A stretch of DNA of 64,000 nt from assembly GCF_009834535.1 (NCBI RefSeq), contig NC_045697.1:118668001-118732000 (forward strand), written 5' to 3'. Below, piece by piece: positions 26,521-39,113 of the stretch. Numbering within the stretch: position 1 is the stretch's first letter; every line of letters starts with the position of its first letter. Under the pieces are notes generated by a model. The model had not been told where the DNA came from and made no database searches. It was given only the letters and a program-made list of their open reading frames with translations. This DNA is from Camelus ferus (Eukaryota). The position numbers and the translations under genes were made by a program.

Positions 26521-28042
26521 ATATCATAGAAGACCCTGGAACACAATGCATTCCCTTTATAATAGTATCTTTATCTGGTAAGGTTGCTACCGAAAAATCA
26601 GCAGACTCACCTAAGAATGCCTTTGGGGCCCTCTCATTGAGGAGGTGCTGCTCCCTCCAGTGAGGAATTGCCTTCCCAGGTAACGGCAGAGCTGGGATCT
26701 CTGGACACGCAGTCCAGTGATGTTCTTTACATCCTCCCACAGCGGACACAAACGTGGGTTCTAGCAAAGTTGTGCCAACTAAGATCTAACCAGCCCTATT
26801 CAAGAAGCTGCCACATGGTTCTCAAGAGTGTGCTAAGCTGAGCTGCATTAACAGGCTAACATGACCTCGTGCTCTGAGCAAGGAGTGATCCAGAAGCACC
26901 TGAAACTTCACAGAGGTGCATGCGGCTTCCCTTACTCGGCTGTGCGTAAGGCCCGCCGAGTGCTGCGTGCAGACCGCCCCGTCGTGCCACAGCTGCAGAG
27001 CTCCGGGCACAGGTGGGCATCGGGGCTTCTAAGAGCAGCATTTCCCGTGCGGGAGAGTTCGTGCCGCCCCCACATGCAGAGATAAGAGATGGCTTTGCCT
27101 GTGGGGAAAGAAAATAGCTCTTATTTTCCAAACTGACACCTACAAAATGTTAAGGCATGTAAAGTGAGTCAAATAAGTAACGCAGGCCGACACAAGCAAG
27201 CGTGCCTTGAAGTGTCTGAGAATGATTTCCACGGCTCTCCAAGGAGGCACAGTGAATTGTCTTTATGAAGAACAAAGAAAACAGCGTTCAAAATAGAGAC
27301 ACTGTGAAAGGATAAGCGATAACCTTATATTCACTAAATTCTGGAAGATTCATATATTTCCCCCTTAACTAATTTTTCTTTCTTTCTTTTTTTTTTAACA
27401 GTCCCGGGAGTCTAAGAAAAAGAGACTCAGCTTCTCACTAATGAATCAATCATCAACCACTTAACATCCGTTTATTTATTTTTAATAAGCATTTCACATA
27501 TTCCACCATTTATGAGGATGTCAGATAAAACCTTTAGGGACTGAAAAAGATTTGTTGCAGAATTATCTTTCTGACAAGTAGAACCTAAGAGGATAAAACG
27601 GATCCGGGTCTGCCTTCAAGCAATTAGGTAACAATACCCACTGTCACACGCGGGTGCAGAGAGGAGCAGAGGGAGGCACGCTCTTGGATGGTTAAAAGAA
27701 AAGAAAGTGACAGTAAAATAAAAGCCTCACCTCACATCCTGAGTCACAGTGAGCCACACCTGCAGTGATGACAAGCTTTTGACATGAAAAAGAAATGGAA
27801 GTAATTTTCTCTTGACAGTCATGTGAAATTCCTCTTAAGACAGCTTCGCGGAGATGGCAAGGAAGAATCAGAAGTCACAGGTTTGGAAATCCCAAGGTCA
27901 AGAGCCAGCAGAAGTTCAGTTAATGAAACCATGAAATGCCACTTGGACCCAGGTTGATGGAAATGAAATCAACTGACTGCATCCAGGTCCGGAGGGCAGA
28001 GCGCAGGGCGGGGCGGGCAAGCCCGCCGAGCGCCCAAGGCTT

Positions 28043-28126
28043 CCCAGCAGAGCCCGCTCTCCTCCCCAGCAGAGCCCGCTCTCCTCCCAGCAGAGCCCGC
28101 TCTCCTCCCAGCAGAGCCCGCTCTCC
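28043..28126. repeat. GC-rich minisatellite, 4 x 21-bp unit CCCAGCAGAGCCCGCTCTCCT
   Basis: Copies at 28043-28063, 28065-28085, 28086-28106 and 28107-28126 (last lacks the final T; one extra C at 28064). Confidence 0.97.
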
Positions 28127-28599
28127 GCAAGACTCACAGTGTAACTTTGTGGAAAATGTGTTAACAAAGCTTTCACTTCTCTCACAGGTAATTTCAGTAT
28201 GTACAATTCAACAGAAAGAATAAACTCAGAGCAAACAAAAGTGTATATGATTTTACCTTTAACAATGGAACGCTTCCCTTAATAATAATTTTCTGTGACA
28301 CAAGCATGAGCTTCTGTCTCGTCATGTCCCACACACATCTGTCAGAATGCCTGTTGATTCCAGGATCATCACACATCCAGCCACCTCTGACCACCCCCGC
28401 TGTGACAACCTCCTTGGAGCCCCCAGAATCTCATCTGGAAAATCCCCTCCCAACTGGTCTCTGCTTTGCCCTCCATCTTCCTAACATGCCCCCTCAACAC
28501 AGCAGATAGGCTGATCCTCTGATCCTTTTAAAATCTGAAATGCATTTTTAAAAAAGCAGGGCGTTACATCGTGTGACTCGGGGTCTTAAACAGGGCTCT

Positions 28600-28990
28600 T
28601 CACTGGGAGCGAGCCAGAGTCCTGGGTGAGCTGCCCTCTGTCCCGCCTCATACAGCCTCCTTCCATGCACTCTGGCCTTTGCCCTGGCTGTTCCCTCTGC
28701 TTGGAATGCTCTTCCAGGGCTAAATCTCTAACCTGCTTCAAGTGTCAAATGTTGCTTTCTCGATGAGACCTACTCCCCCCACTCCAACTCCCCCTTACCC
28801 AGCTCCGTTGTAGTCTCATAACACATCGCCAACCACTCCACTGAACTATTTATTACAGTTACTGTGCATTTTCGGTCTCCCTGCCATTATATAAACTTTA
28901 TGAGGGATGAGGTCTTGCTCACTCTTATTCTGGGCACGTAGAACAATCTGGCACACAGTTATTACTCAAAAACATTTGTTGAGTGAATGG
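28600..28990 (+). mobile_element. L2 3' end
   Basis: ggcctttgccctggctgttccctctgcttggaatgctcttcc ... tggcacacagttattactcaaaaacatttgttgagtgaatg. Confidence 0.75.
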
Positions 28991-29164
28991 GTTATAGACC
29001 ACAGCATAAAAGGTCAAATCACTTGCAGGGCTGGGAGAATATTTACTTTTAAAGGAACTGACGTAGGAAAATAGGGCTACATCGTAATGCTATATTGAAT
29101 CATTTGAACATTTAGACTAGTGATGAGAAACAATGTCAACAGCATTTCACGGATCCCACAAATT

Positions 29165-29410
29165 AGGATGTGATAAAGACATTTCGTATTTCCCACACTA
29201 CTATGTACAAAGTAGATAAACAGCAAGGACCTACTGTACAGCACAGGGAGGTATATTCAATATCCTGTAATAACATATAATGGAAAAGAACCTGAAAATA
29301 TATGTATATATGTATGCACATGCATAAGTGAATTGCTTTTGCTGTACACCTGAAACTAACATTGTAAATCAACTACACTTCAATAAAAAATAAAATTTAA
29401 AAAATTAAAA
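29165..29410 (+). mobile_element. Artiodactyl-type L1 3' end
   Basis: agataaacagcaaggacctactgtacagcacaggga...gctgtacacctgaaactaacattgtaaatcaactacacttcaataaaaa. Confidence 0.92.
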
Positions 29411-30879
29411 TTCATTTAATTAATGGGATAGTTTGATATACATAATTTTAAAGTTCACTATAAGATCTGCTGCCAGATCTTTCCAGACCTTTCTATTGTA
29501 AAAGAAAAGTTTGGAGGGGGCAGGGGCTATACAGGAAGTCTACTAATACTTTGCTGTGAAGCAAAACCTGCTCTAAATAATAAAGTCTATTTTTAAAAAG
29601 TTGGGAAAAAAAAAGTCATGTTAGTAAATAAGAAATCATGGACATGAGTTAAAATGATCCATCTGCTTAGAATGGTTTCTTACTTATCTATTTAAATAAA
29701 ACGAGGATAATAAACAACATTTGGACAGCAGTTATGCTTTGTCAAGGGCTCGTCTCTCATCCTGCGAGCTCTTGTCCCTCGTACTGCCATGAGTTTGTAG
29801 GACGGCTGTCTGCCAAGTGTACTATATACACTTTCTCTAATCCCGAACAAACCAGAGGCTACTATTAGGATCCCCATTCCACAGACAACAAAATTGAGGC
29901 TTAGGGAATACTGGGAGCCTTCCAGAGCTAACTCAGTTAATTTAAGACTCTGCTCACCTGGCATCTTCCCCGACGAGGCTGAAGCCCAGTGGATGATTCT
30001 ATGCCCTGTGTCCAAGGTGCCCAGTCCTTGGGACAGAAGGCATCTGACACCTTTGGGACTATTCCCATTGCTTTATTCTTGCCCTCCCTACTCCTAGAAG
30101 AGGTGTCTTTGATTCTTTTTTGTTTCTGCCCTGTCTGAAGCAGTTTGGGGATACTAATTTTGCACATCAAAAACCATTTTGCTGATACTTTGTCAATATC
30201 TTCTGTTGTTTTGATGTTACATGATATGATTATTTTATTTGCATTTAATAATTTCACATTGGAAAGGAAACATGAGTCCCAAGACTGTGGCAAATCTAGT
30301 TCTATGAATTCTGCCAACTTCAGAGGCATTTAAAATAAGATTTTTTGAAATCTATTTGAATGAATTGACAACATGATCTTGGCATTCTTTTGGTGTTTGT
30401 GGGATATTTTCCCCCAAACATACAAAGCTTATATCTAACAAGGTTTTATCAACATTCACCAGAGCACTTGGGCTTCACAGTGATTAAAATGGAGCAAACG
30501 AAGCCTGTAAAATAACTGTATGTTTTCTATTGGTTTTAAAAAAGTTATTCCTAAGAAAACATTAGGCTGCAAATAGAACAAATAATTAGTTTTTGTGGAG
30601 CCTAGAGCAATGTTCAGGTGACTATCACTGTATAAAACTTGTGGCACAATTAGAAGAGTGAGAAGGTTGCTGCATTTTCATAAACTAGCACACCTGTGTG
30701 ACTGACATCCGGACAAAGAAACAGAAAGAACAGAACTCCAAAAGATATCCTTGCGTTCCCCTCCTTTCACCCTCTACACACCACACACAACTCCCATCCG
30801 CAAGGGTCCCCATCGTGCTTGGTGAAATCCTTGATTCTTCATTTTTTGTTTTATCATTTGTTCCAGTTTTATGGCGGTA

Positions 30880-31022
30880 TGACTGGCAAGTGAAAATCAC
30901 ATATATTTAGGTTTCACAATGGATTTTTAGGTGTATATTGTGATGATGTAAGTGCGTACGCAGCATCAAATGATTACAACAGTCAAGTTAATTGAAGCAT
31001 CCATCACATGACATAGTAACTC

Positions 31023-31055
<33 letters not shown>

Positions 31056-31380
31056 TTTGCTGAGAATATTTAAGATCTACTCTCCAAAGAAATTGCAAGC
31101 AAACAACAGTGTTGTTTACTCTAGTCACCATGCTGTTCCTGGCTCAGAAATTATTCATCTTATAACTGTAAGTCTGTACCGTGGGACCAACAGTTTCCCA
31201 TTCCCCACCCCCAGCCCTTGGCAAGCACCGTCTGCTATCTGGCTCTATGAGTTTGACGTATCAGTGAGATCACACGGCATCGGCCCTTCTGGGTCTGGCT
31301 TGTTTCACTCAGCAGAACATTTTCCAGGTTCATCTGTGTTGTTGCAAATGGAGTCTTCATTTCTTCACGGCACTTCTAAA
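30880..31380 (-). mobile_element. Old L1 (L1MA/L1MB-type) 3' end containing a (GT)n at about 31023-31056
   Basis: gagaatatttaagatctactct...agtcaccatgctg...ttattcatcttataactg...ctatgagtttgac is an antisense L1M 3' UTR. Confidence 0.8.
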
Positions 31381-32506
31381 CATTTGGAGAGAAAGTCATC
31401 TTGAAGCAGCTGTGGAGGCTGCCACTGTACAGATGGAAGGAGAGAAGTTGTCAAGCTGGGACACCGTGAGCTGTCGTGAAAGCAGGGTGGCGCCACGCAC
31501 CTCTGTACCCCCGTCTTCTCACCCTAATGAGTGGGATTCAAGTCCAGATTTGACGTCTTCATGGTCATCTGGGTTTTCTGGAGTGTGTATGTCACTGAGA
31601 AAAGGGGGAAGGAGGATCTAAAGAACTCTCTGTTTACAGTCTCATAAATAAACCAAAATGGAATTATTTCAACATGTAAACATGGTGCTAATCTAAAAAA
31701 CCCTTTAGAAGAGGATCTTGAGTCAGCCAAGAATATTAGTTAATATTCAGTGCTCATTTTTTTATATTAAATGCCTTATCAACAACCATCTTGTAATTTT
31801 ATTTTTATATCTCATGAACTGACCTTTTACATATTGAATAATTTTTTAAATGTCCATATGAGATTAATATTTTGTTCAAGGAGGGATATAGTAGTATATA
31901 TGGCTGGGGCTGGAGTTTTCTTAAAGGCAAATCACACTGGCAAAGTAGTGATCTTGAAGCCAGTCTGCTTAGAGTCACAAAGAGGAATCTGTAAGTAGCG
32001 ACATCTGTTGACCTATCACATTGAAAGTGCAAATATCCCCACCATGTGAATTACAGCCCGTTCTTCTTGCTGCCAAAACCTCAGTTGCTTTGTCCAAGAG
32101 CAAATCAGAAAAAAAATATTTATTTTGTGTTGTTTTATTTTTATAAATATAAAATAAAATTACATTAATGAGAGAACTTTATAAAGTAAACAAAAAGATG
32201 GAAAAATCATCCACAATTCTGCCATTCACAAATAACTCATAAAATGCTACTCAATATGATTCATCTATTTTTTTCTTGCACATATACGTACCCGTATTCA
32301 TTAATAAGATAAGATAATATTGTATATACTGTTTTGTATTCTGGTTTTGGCATTTACTGATGCATTTTAAACATATGGTCACATCATTAATTACTTACAC
32401 AATGCATTTTATTTCCAAGATGTATCTCACTAAACACACTAGTGAAATAGACTCACAAGTATTTCATCTGTTTCGTGTACATAAATATAGACACACGTAC
32501 ACACAT

Positions 32507-32510
<4 letters not shown>

Positions 32511-32542
<32 letters not shown>
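32511..32542. repeat. (CA)16 microsatellite
   Basis: Perfect dinucleotide run. Confidence 0.98.
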
Positions 32543-32545
<3 letters not shown>

Positions 32546-32735
32546 CTGGCCCCACCTTACGATGGTTGAAAACTACACTGTTACACTGTAGACGCCCCGG
32601 CACAAGGTTGTCGTGAGGGTCTGGGTGGGATACATGATTTTTTAAAAAATGCCATTTAAACATAAACCAGGAAAGCACATCAAAGACTCTTACCATGGCA
32701 GTGTTGTCAGACTTCACAGTGGTCTTGGAAGTTTT

Positions 32736-33117
32736 TTGACAATTTATTTTTAAACTTTTAAAATTAAAGTAGAGTCAGTTTACAATGTTGCAGCCATTTC
32801 TGGTGCACAGCTTTATACATACATACATATACACACATATATTCCTTTTCATATTCTTTTTCATTATAGGTTATTACAGGATATTGAATACAGTTTCCTG
32901 TGCTCTATAGAAGAGATTTGATTTTTTATCTATTTTATGTATAGTAGTTAATAATAACAAGTCTCAAAATCCCAGTGTATCCTGTTCCATCCCCTTCCCT
33001 TTGGTAACCGTAAGTTTGTTCTCTATGTGAGTCTGTTTCCATTTTGTAAATAAGTTCATTGGTGTCTTCTTTTTCCTTTCTTTCCTTTTTTTTAGATTCC
33101 ACATATGAGTGATATCA
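32736..33117 (-). mobile_element. Artiodactyl/camelid L1 3' end
   Basis: attaaagtagagtcagtttacaatgttg...tttagattccacatatgagtgatatcat; near-TSD tcttggaagtttt (32723-32735) / tcttgtaagtctt (33118-33130). Confidence 0.9.
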
Positions 33118-34194
33118 TCTTGTAAGTCTTAAAATTTAAATATGCACATAAACTTAAGTGGAAGTACTCAGAGAGAGGAAAAGTGGGAGAAAGCAGTGGA
33201 AATCAATTTATTAATTTCCTAAGAAAATTGGAATAATTGTTTTGACTTAAGTGGCCTTCATTTTAATTGGAGAAATAAAGACATAAATTCAGACACTGTA
33301 CACCCACATGTGCTAGCTCATGCAACATGCAAATGCCGGTACAGAAACGCATACACCACACACTTTATAAATGCAACAGAAAATAACACACAGTAAAGAA
33401 GACATTGAGAACCTGGCCTCAGTCATGAAAACGAACAGCTCTCCTTAGAATGTCCATCCCCTGTAATTTCTCAGAAACTACTGCAACATTCTGCTTAGCT
33501 GTCATTGCCTTCAGAACAACAGTGGCAGTTTGTCAAACTGGGAGCTAGATAGGATTAAGGAAAGCTGTTTTTCTCTGCTGTCCGGTGATCTGAGTCATCT
33601 GTGGATCCCTACCAGTGGCTTCCCCATTGTGGTTAATGTTCCTAATTCCACAGTGAGGACCCACGTCAGGACCCCGTGCACACGTGGATGAGCTGGAGAC
33701 CAGACAGCACATGGGGGGCCCGGTGGCGCTTGGTCAGTGACAGTGTGAGGAAGATGTAAGTTCCAGCGCTCAGAATCATTAACGCAAGGTGACAATGTGC
33801 CCCACCCTCAAAAGCAAAACGGATGCTCTTCCCTTTCCTCTATGGTCCACAGAGAGCTCCCCACCTGTTGGCGTGGGTTTCATTGGCTCTTTAATGTCCC
33901 ATTCCTGGGGTGTGAATGCCGGCGGGGCCCTCACGTGCCTGACCTGAGCCTGTGCTGTGCCTGGGCTCAGTCCCCTCTGGGGCCAGAGGGCAGCAGCAGG
34001 TGGCCGGACAGGGTGGCCCAAGACCCTTCTGGGTGAGTGGGAAGGCAGCATCGTGGGAGCCAGTCAGTGGTGGGATCCTGTGTGAGCTGAGGACTTAAGC
34101 CCCTGACCCCATCAAGTTGTCACTTACAAACACAAATTCAAAACTAAATCTCTAAGAATTTCAAGGAGGCAACAGTAGGGCGTTAAATCCCAAG

Positions 34195-34364
34195 GCAGGT
34201 GGATGGCAAGGTAGAGCTCAGTGGCTGAGGCTGTGCTTAGCATGCATGAGGTCCCGGGTTCAATCACCGGTACCTCCATTAAATAAACAAGCCTAATTGC
34301 CTGTCTCCCAAAATAAATAAATTAAACCAAATAAATTGTACTAAACTAAATGTTCTAATTTTTC
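34195..34364 (+). mobile_element. Camelid tRNA-derived SINE (Vic-1 type)
   Basis: gtagagctcagtggctgaggctgtgcttagcatgcatgaggtcccgggttcaatcaccggtacctccatt plus A-rich tail; TSD aatcccaag at 34186-34194 and 34365-34373. Confidence 0.9.
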
Positions 34365-36606
34365 AATCCCAAGAGAGGGTCTAATTCCAAGTGTGGGGCC
34401 AGGTGCTCCACTCCGGCCCCTCACCCCATGATGCTGGCCCTGTGACTGCAGTTGCCCTGTGGATACGACACACACCAAGCCTCTGTAGGGAAGGCCCTAG
34501 ACGTTGGTGCCGTCCTGCAGCGTGGCAGTGTCCCGCCCTTGGTTACTCTGCGGCGGCTTCTAGATATAGGGTACACACTCCCCACCCCCACCCCCCACAG
34601 GACCTCTGCAGGTTGTGAACATCCAGCTTCCCACTCCTGAGCTCCTTGTCTGCAGCTGGAGGAGGTGGAGTTTGTCCCGAATCCCAGGCATCCAGCACCC
34701 CTCACTGTGCCCCTGTTCCCAGCTGCTCTTTTGAACCGCTCCCCATCACAGAGTGAAATAAAGTTCAGAGGCCTGCTGGCTCCCGAGAGAGTAACTGTGT
34801 CTGAGATTCCCAGGCTCACAGGGACACACCCGCCTCTACCATGCACTGCGGGGGTGACAGGGAGCTAACGGTACCTACTTCTTCAGCAAGCAGTCCTGCC
34901 AAGCCCAGTGAGCCCCGTTTCTCAGAGAGAGAGTCTCATCATCAAGGTCGCCTACCTACCTGGTACCCTTTCCCTGGGGAGGGGCTTGAATTCATGACTC
35001 TCTCCAAGAGTCACATCCCGAAGCAGCAACAGAGGCAGGCGTGGAAGCGCAGTGCAGGCAGGTTGACGGGCTGCTTTGTTAGAGTGCATTTACTCTGCAA
35101 GCCCCATCTCCCAGGTGGTGGGCTGTAAGTGCTGGGTTGACCCCTGATAGCTGAGTTTCAGGGGACAGAGTGAAGCGGGTACCTGAGAATTCTGCTTCTC
35201 AGGGCCACTGAGACCATCCAGCTAGGAAAGGCCAACTGGGAGCAGGGGTGGATGCTGGAGCTGAGATTCAGTCCGAGGTTCCAGAGCGACAGCCTGAGAC
35301 GTCCTGTCCACAGCAGGGGCTTGGAAGCCATTTATCTCATTAAGAGAGTCTTCAGCAATGTGCGCTGCTATGCCAACACTCCATCATAGCCGGCCACTCC
35401 CCTCCTTTTCAAAACACTGAGTCATCTCATGAAGATTTTTGGTAACGGTATTCCAAGTTTGCACCTTAAGGCTTCAAGCACAACATCATTTTTGACCTTG
35501 GTGTCCAGGCAGAGACAGATCTGAGGGGTCTGATTGTCACAATGCCCCTTTGGGACACTGTCTTTGATTACTTTCCACAGTAGAACATTACTTCACTATT
35601 CACGATACATGTAAAGGATACATTTTGTTTCCTGCACAGCATTGTCCCCAACTCATGTCGACAACATACACCCTTCATCAACAAGATGCTCACCTTCGGT
35701 AGATCATCAAACTCCCTGGTAGTAAAATGCAGTCTGGCGTCTTTATCCTGGGCTTGGAGAACCTTTTCTAGGGCTTTACATCTGTCACCTACCGTCAAAG
35801 ACCAAGGCCACATGTAGGGGATGAATAATAAAAATTGCAAAACAGATTTTTTTATGGGACTAAAATGTACCAGATTTGATTTTAATCAGTCATTTTCATA
35901 TAATAACTCAATAAATTTGCCCCAAAACTCTCAATGAAAAATGCTGCTGGGATGGGTGTTGTCCAAGTGTAAATGGAACTGTCCCGGGCTTGTTAGAAAA
36001 CAGTGCTTTTTACGGCATCAGCATACATCCATTCCTGTTTCATGCAGCAGGACTGTGAATTCTATGCCCACTGTCCCGCACCGTTCACAGTCCATGTTGG
36101 CCGAGACTGGGGAAAGCGCGAAGGGTCTATGACAGCATTGCCCATTACTTCGAGTTCTGGTTATGCAAGTGTGCAAAGTTCAGCACAGAAAGAATGCCGA
36201 CCAGGGCTGTGCCTGGAGGAGGTACGAGTCTGAGTCAGTGTCCTCAACAGGACTGTCCTCTGCCTTATAGGATGCTTAATGTGCGGAGACCCCGCCCACT
36301 AAGCGCCTGCCATCTCTCTCCTCCCAGCCTCACTGCGAGGCCCTTCCTGCAGGCACTTTTTTCCTCCAGAATATTCCTGGGCCAGCACTGCCCTGATTGA
36401 GAAGCACAGGTTTGTTATGATGCCTGACTCCCTCCCTGACATAAACATCGTGCATGACCTTGGGTGAGGTTGTGGTCCTATGTAGAGCTCTATAAAGGGA
36501 CAGCAATCAGGTGAACACTCTAAACAAAACTCTAATTTCTGTAATTTTCCAAGGGATCCACATACCTTTTTTCTTATCAAATGTAATGTCAAAAAATTTC
36601 TAGATA

Positions 36607-36790
36607 AACAAGTTTATACTATATTGTACAGGAAAATATGTACAAGGTCTTGTGGTAGCTCACGGGGGGAAAAGAATATGAAAATGAATATATGTATATT
36701 TGTGTATGGCTTCAAAATTGTGCTGTACACCAGAAATTGACATAGCATTGTACGCCAACCATAACTCAATAAAAAGAAAAAGAAAAAAAA
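36607..36790 (+). mobile_element. Younger camelid-type L1 3' end, heavily 5'-truncated
   Basis: tcttgtggtagctcacggggg...gtgctgtacaccagaaattgacatagcattgta...actcaataaaaag; flanked by A-rich tctagat on both sides (approximate TSD). Confidence 0.88.
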
Positions 36791-37202
36791 TCTAGATGTT
36801 ACTCGCACTTCCTCCACCTTCTGCCTGGAGAGGGGAGCATCAGTACATGGGAAGTCACGAGCCCAGAGCAGACAGCACTTCTCGTTTGGGGAGACGCCCA
36901 AGAACGGGGGTCCCACAGGACTGCTCACCCCTTCAGGGGCTACCAGAGACACCTCCAGTGATGCAAAAACATGTGATGCTTTTATTAATTTGCTCAGATG
37001 AGAAATTATTGGCTTGCGGTGAAACCAAATTACGCGTTCTTTTTTGATGACATAAGCAAACGTGTATACTAGTATAAAAAGGGCCACTAACATTAAAAGG
37101 GGAAGAAATCAGGAAACCTAAAGGGAGAGATATGAGGCAGGACAGTCTTGGATGCCACTCATTGCTTTCTGAAGGCATAGATGCATTTTATTTGTCAGAG
37201 AA

Positions 37203-37255
37203 GTTTGTACCAACCTTGACACACGTTCCTTAAGAACGGTGATGCTAACTGTATC
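37203..37255 (+). repeat. 53-bp perfect direct repeat, copy 1
   Basis: gtttgtaccaaccttgacacacgttccttaagaacggtgatgctaactgtatc, identical to 39114-39166. Confidence 0.97.
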
Positions 37256-37350
37256 AGCGGTAGGGCTGCCCTAAGACAGTGCCCCAAACTTGGTGGCCCC
37301 AACAACGGAAGTGTCCTGTGTTACTGTTCTGGAGGTTTGGCTCCTTATGA
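37250..37350 (-). mobile_element. MLT1 LTR 3'-terminal fragment
   Basis: tgtatcagcggtagggctgccctaagacagtgccccaaacttggtggc...tgttctggagg resembles the reverse complement of the MLT1 3' terminus. Confidence 0.65.
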
Positions 37351-37655
37351 GGGCTCAGGCTAAGGTTTTTACAATATTCAAGAAAAGGGAAACAAAGGCT
37401 GTTTTGGGGAATCAGAGTTCCTTGGAACAGCCCCAAAGGGACAGAGTTCCACCAACGACTGTTGAACACCATTACCGCCCTGTTAGACTGAGTGGTTGGT
37501 GTTTCCTGAGTTACAGAATAAAAGACCCTAATGTCTCCCAGTCATGCTTCAGCTGGAGTCCTAAGGAAACCCAGGAAAACCTTCTAAATGGGATCTGAAA
37601 TCACTGGTACCATCACTTAAATGGCGCATCTTCTCCTGGGAGAGGAGGGGTCAAA

Positions 37656-38005
37656 TATATTAGATTGAATTGTGCCCCCCCCAATTCATATGTGGGAGGC
37701 CTAATCCCCAAGACCTCAGACTGTGACGTGATTTGGAACCAGAGTTGCTGCAGAGGTAATTAGCTTAGATAAGGTTATAGTGGAGCAGGCAGGGGCCCAA
37801 ATTTCCTAGGGATGGAGGAATGGCATCCTTGTACAGAGCAGGGTGTGAATACAGACACACACCAGGTGGGGGTGAAGGCAGGGACTGGGCGGTGTGGCAG
37901 CAGGAACCGAAGCTCAAAGATTGTCAAGGAACCACCAGGAGCTGGGAGAGGGGCCGAGGGCAGGCACTTCCTCAGAGCTCTCAGAAGGAGCCAGACCTGC
38001 AGGTG
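37656..38005 (+). mobile_element. MLT1 (MaLR) LTR lacking its 3' end
   Basis: tagattgaattgtgcccccccaattcatatgt...cctcagactgtgacgtgatttgga...ctcagaaggagcca. Confidence 0.82.
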
Positions 38006-38386
38006 AACACATGTGGGTGAAAAAATGATCTAAGTCAGCCAGCCTGGCACATGGCAGCTGAACGGTCTGTTAGTCAATCATGAGCTCATGGTAGTGGGTG
38101 TGTCTTCACAAATTATTAAGTACACTAAGATGTTCTCCTGTTAATGCTAATTCCTAAATGTAGAAGCCGATTTGGGTTAGGTGTATATTATTTGTAATGC
38201 ACGTGTCACCCCCAAAGCTCTGCCCACGTCCCTGCTGTGTCTCTCAGATAGTCCGCCCCAGCTGTGTGCCATTAAGGTCGTCTCTCTCCGTTGCTGTTTG
38301 AGTTTCCATCAGCTTGACATGACCGAGCCCCACCTTCAGGGTTAGAAGCTGGATTTATTTTCAAAGCTCTTCAAGTAAAGTGGCTT

Positions 38387-38906
38387 TGTAATAGAAGAGA
38401 ACAAATCTGACTCTGTGTTGGATCTATTCCTGTGGCTTTAACCCTGTGCCTTGTTTTCCAGGCTCAGTCTTGCCAGCGCTGCACCTTTTGGGAAACAATG
38501 TTGCCTTTAGCCTAAAATCCACAGGAGAGCCTATTATTCCGGCTCTGACCTTTAAGGATATTAACACTTTGCACTCCTGTAGAGATAACAAGTTGCAGAA
38601 TAGAGAATAACCTTTGTTTTGTTGGAGGTTTACAGGGACACCACAGCCTGACCCACATGGACGGCTGCAAGAACAAAGAATGCCTGCAGCAAGAAGTTTG
38701 CAACAACCAACCACACCCCCTCCCCTTTTTAGAATTAAAGGAGCCTGAATTCTGACTTGAATAGGATGGTTCTCCAAGACATCAGTCTGCCAGCCTCTCG
38801 GTCTGCCCGCTTTCTGAATAAAGTCGCCATTCCTTGCCCCACCACCTCGTCTCCCGATTTATTGGCCTGTCGAGGGGCGAGCAGAATGAGTTTGGTCTCG
38901 GTAACA
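38387..38906 (+). mobile_element. ERV1-like solo LTR (same family as 57493-57944)
   Basis: TG...CA termini (tgtaatagaagagaacaaatctgac ... ggtctcggtaaca), AATAAA at 38817-38822, near 4-bp TSD gctt/gttt, no PBS. Confidence 0.88.
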
Positions 38907-39113
38907 GTTTTACTTCCCTCTTGCTTCTGGGAGGTCTGTGCCCCACCACTGCCTTCATGTCTGCCCCCTTTCACTGTGACAAAGTCATTTGCTTGTGTCA
39001 CTTCTCATTTGTCTCTCAAATCCCAACCTCCGGAGCCGGGTCCTCACACTCAGTCTCAGAAGGAAGGCTTGACTCAAGTCTCCTATGTTGTGACACTTGG
39101 TTGGTGCCTTTGG

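Noticed and set aside
35568-35840. Exon-like KALEKVLQAQDKDARLHFTTREFDDLPK with strong AAG|gtgagc donor
   Set aside because: DNA resembles MIR phrases (atgtaaagc.., cattttac.., aaggt), acceptor is poor, and no homolog is recognised.
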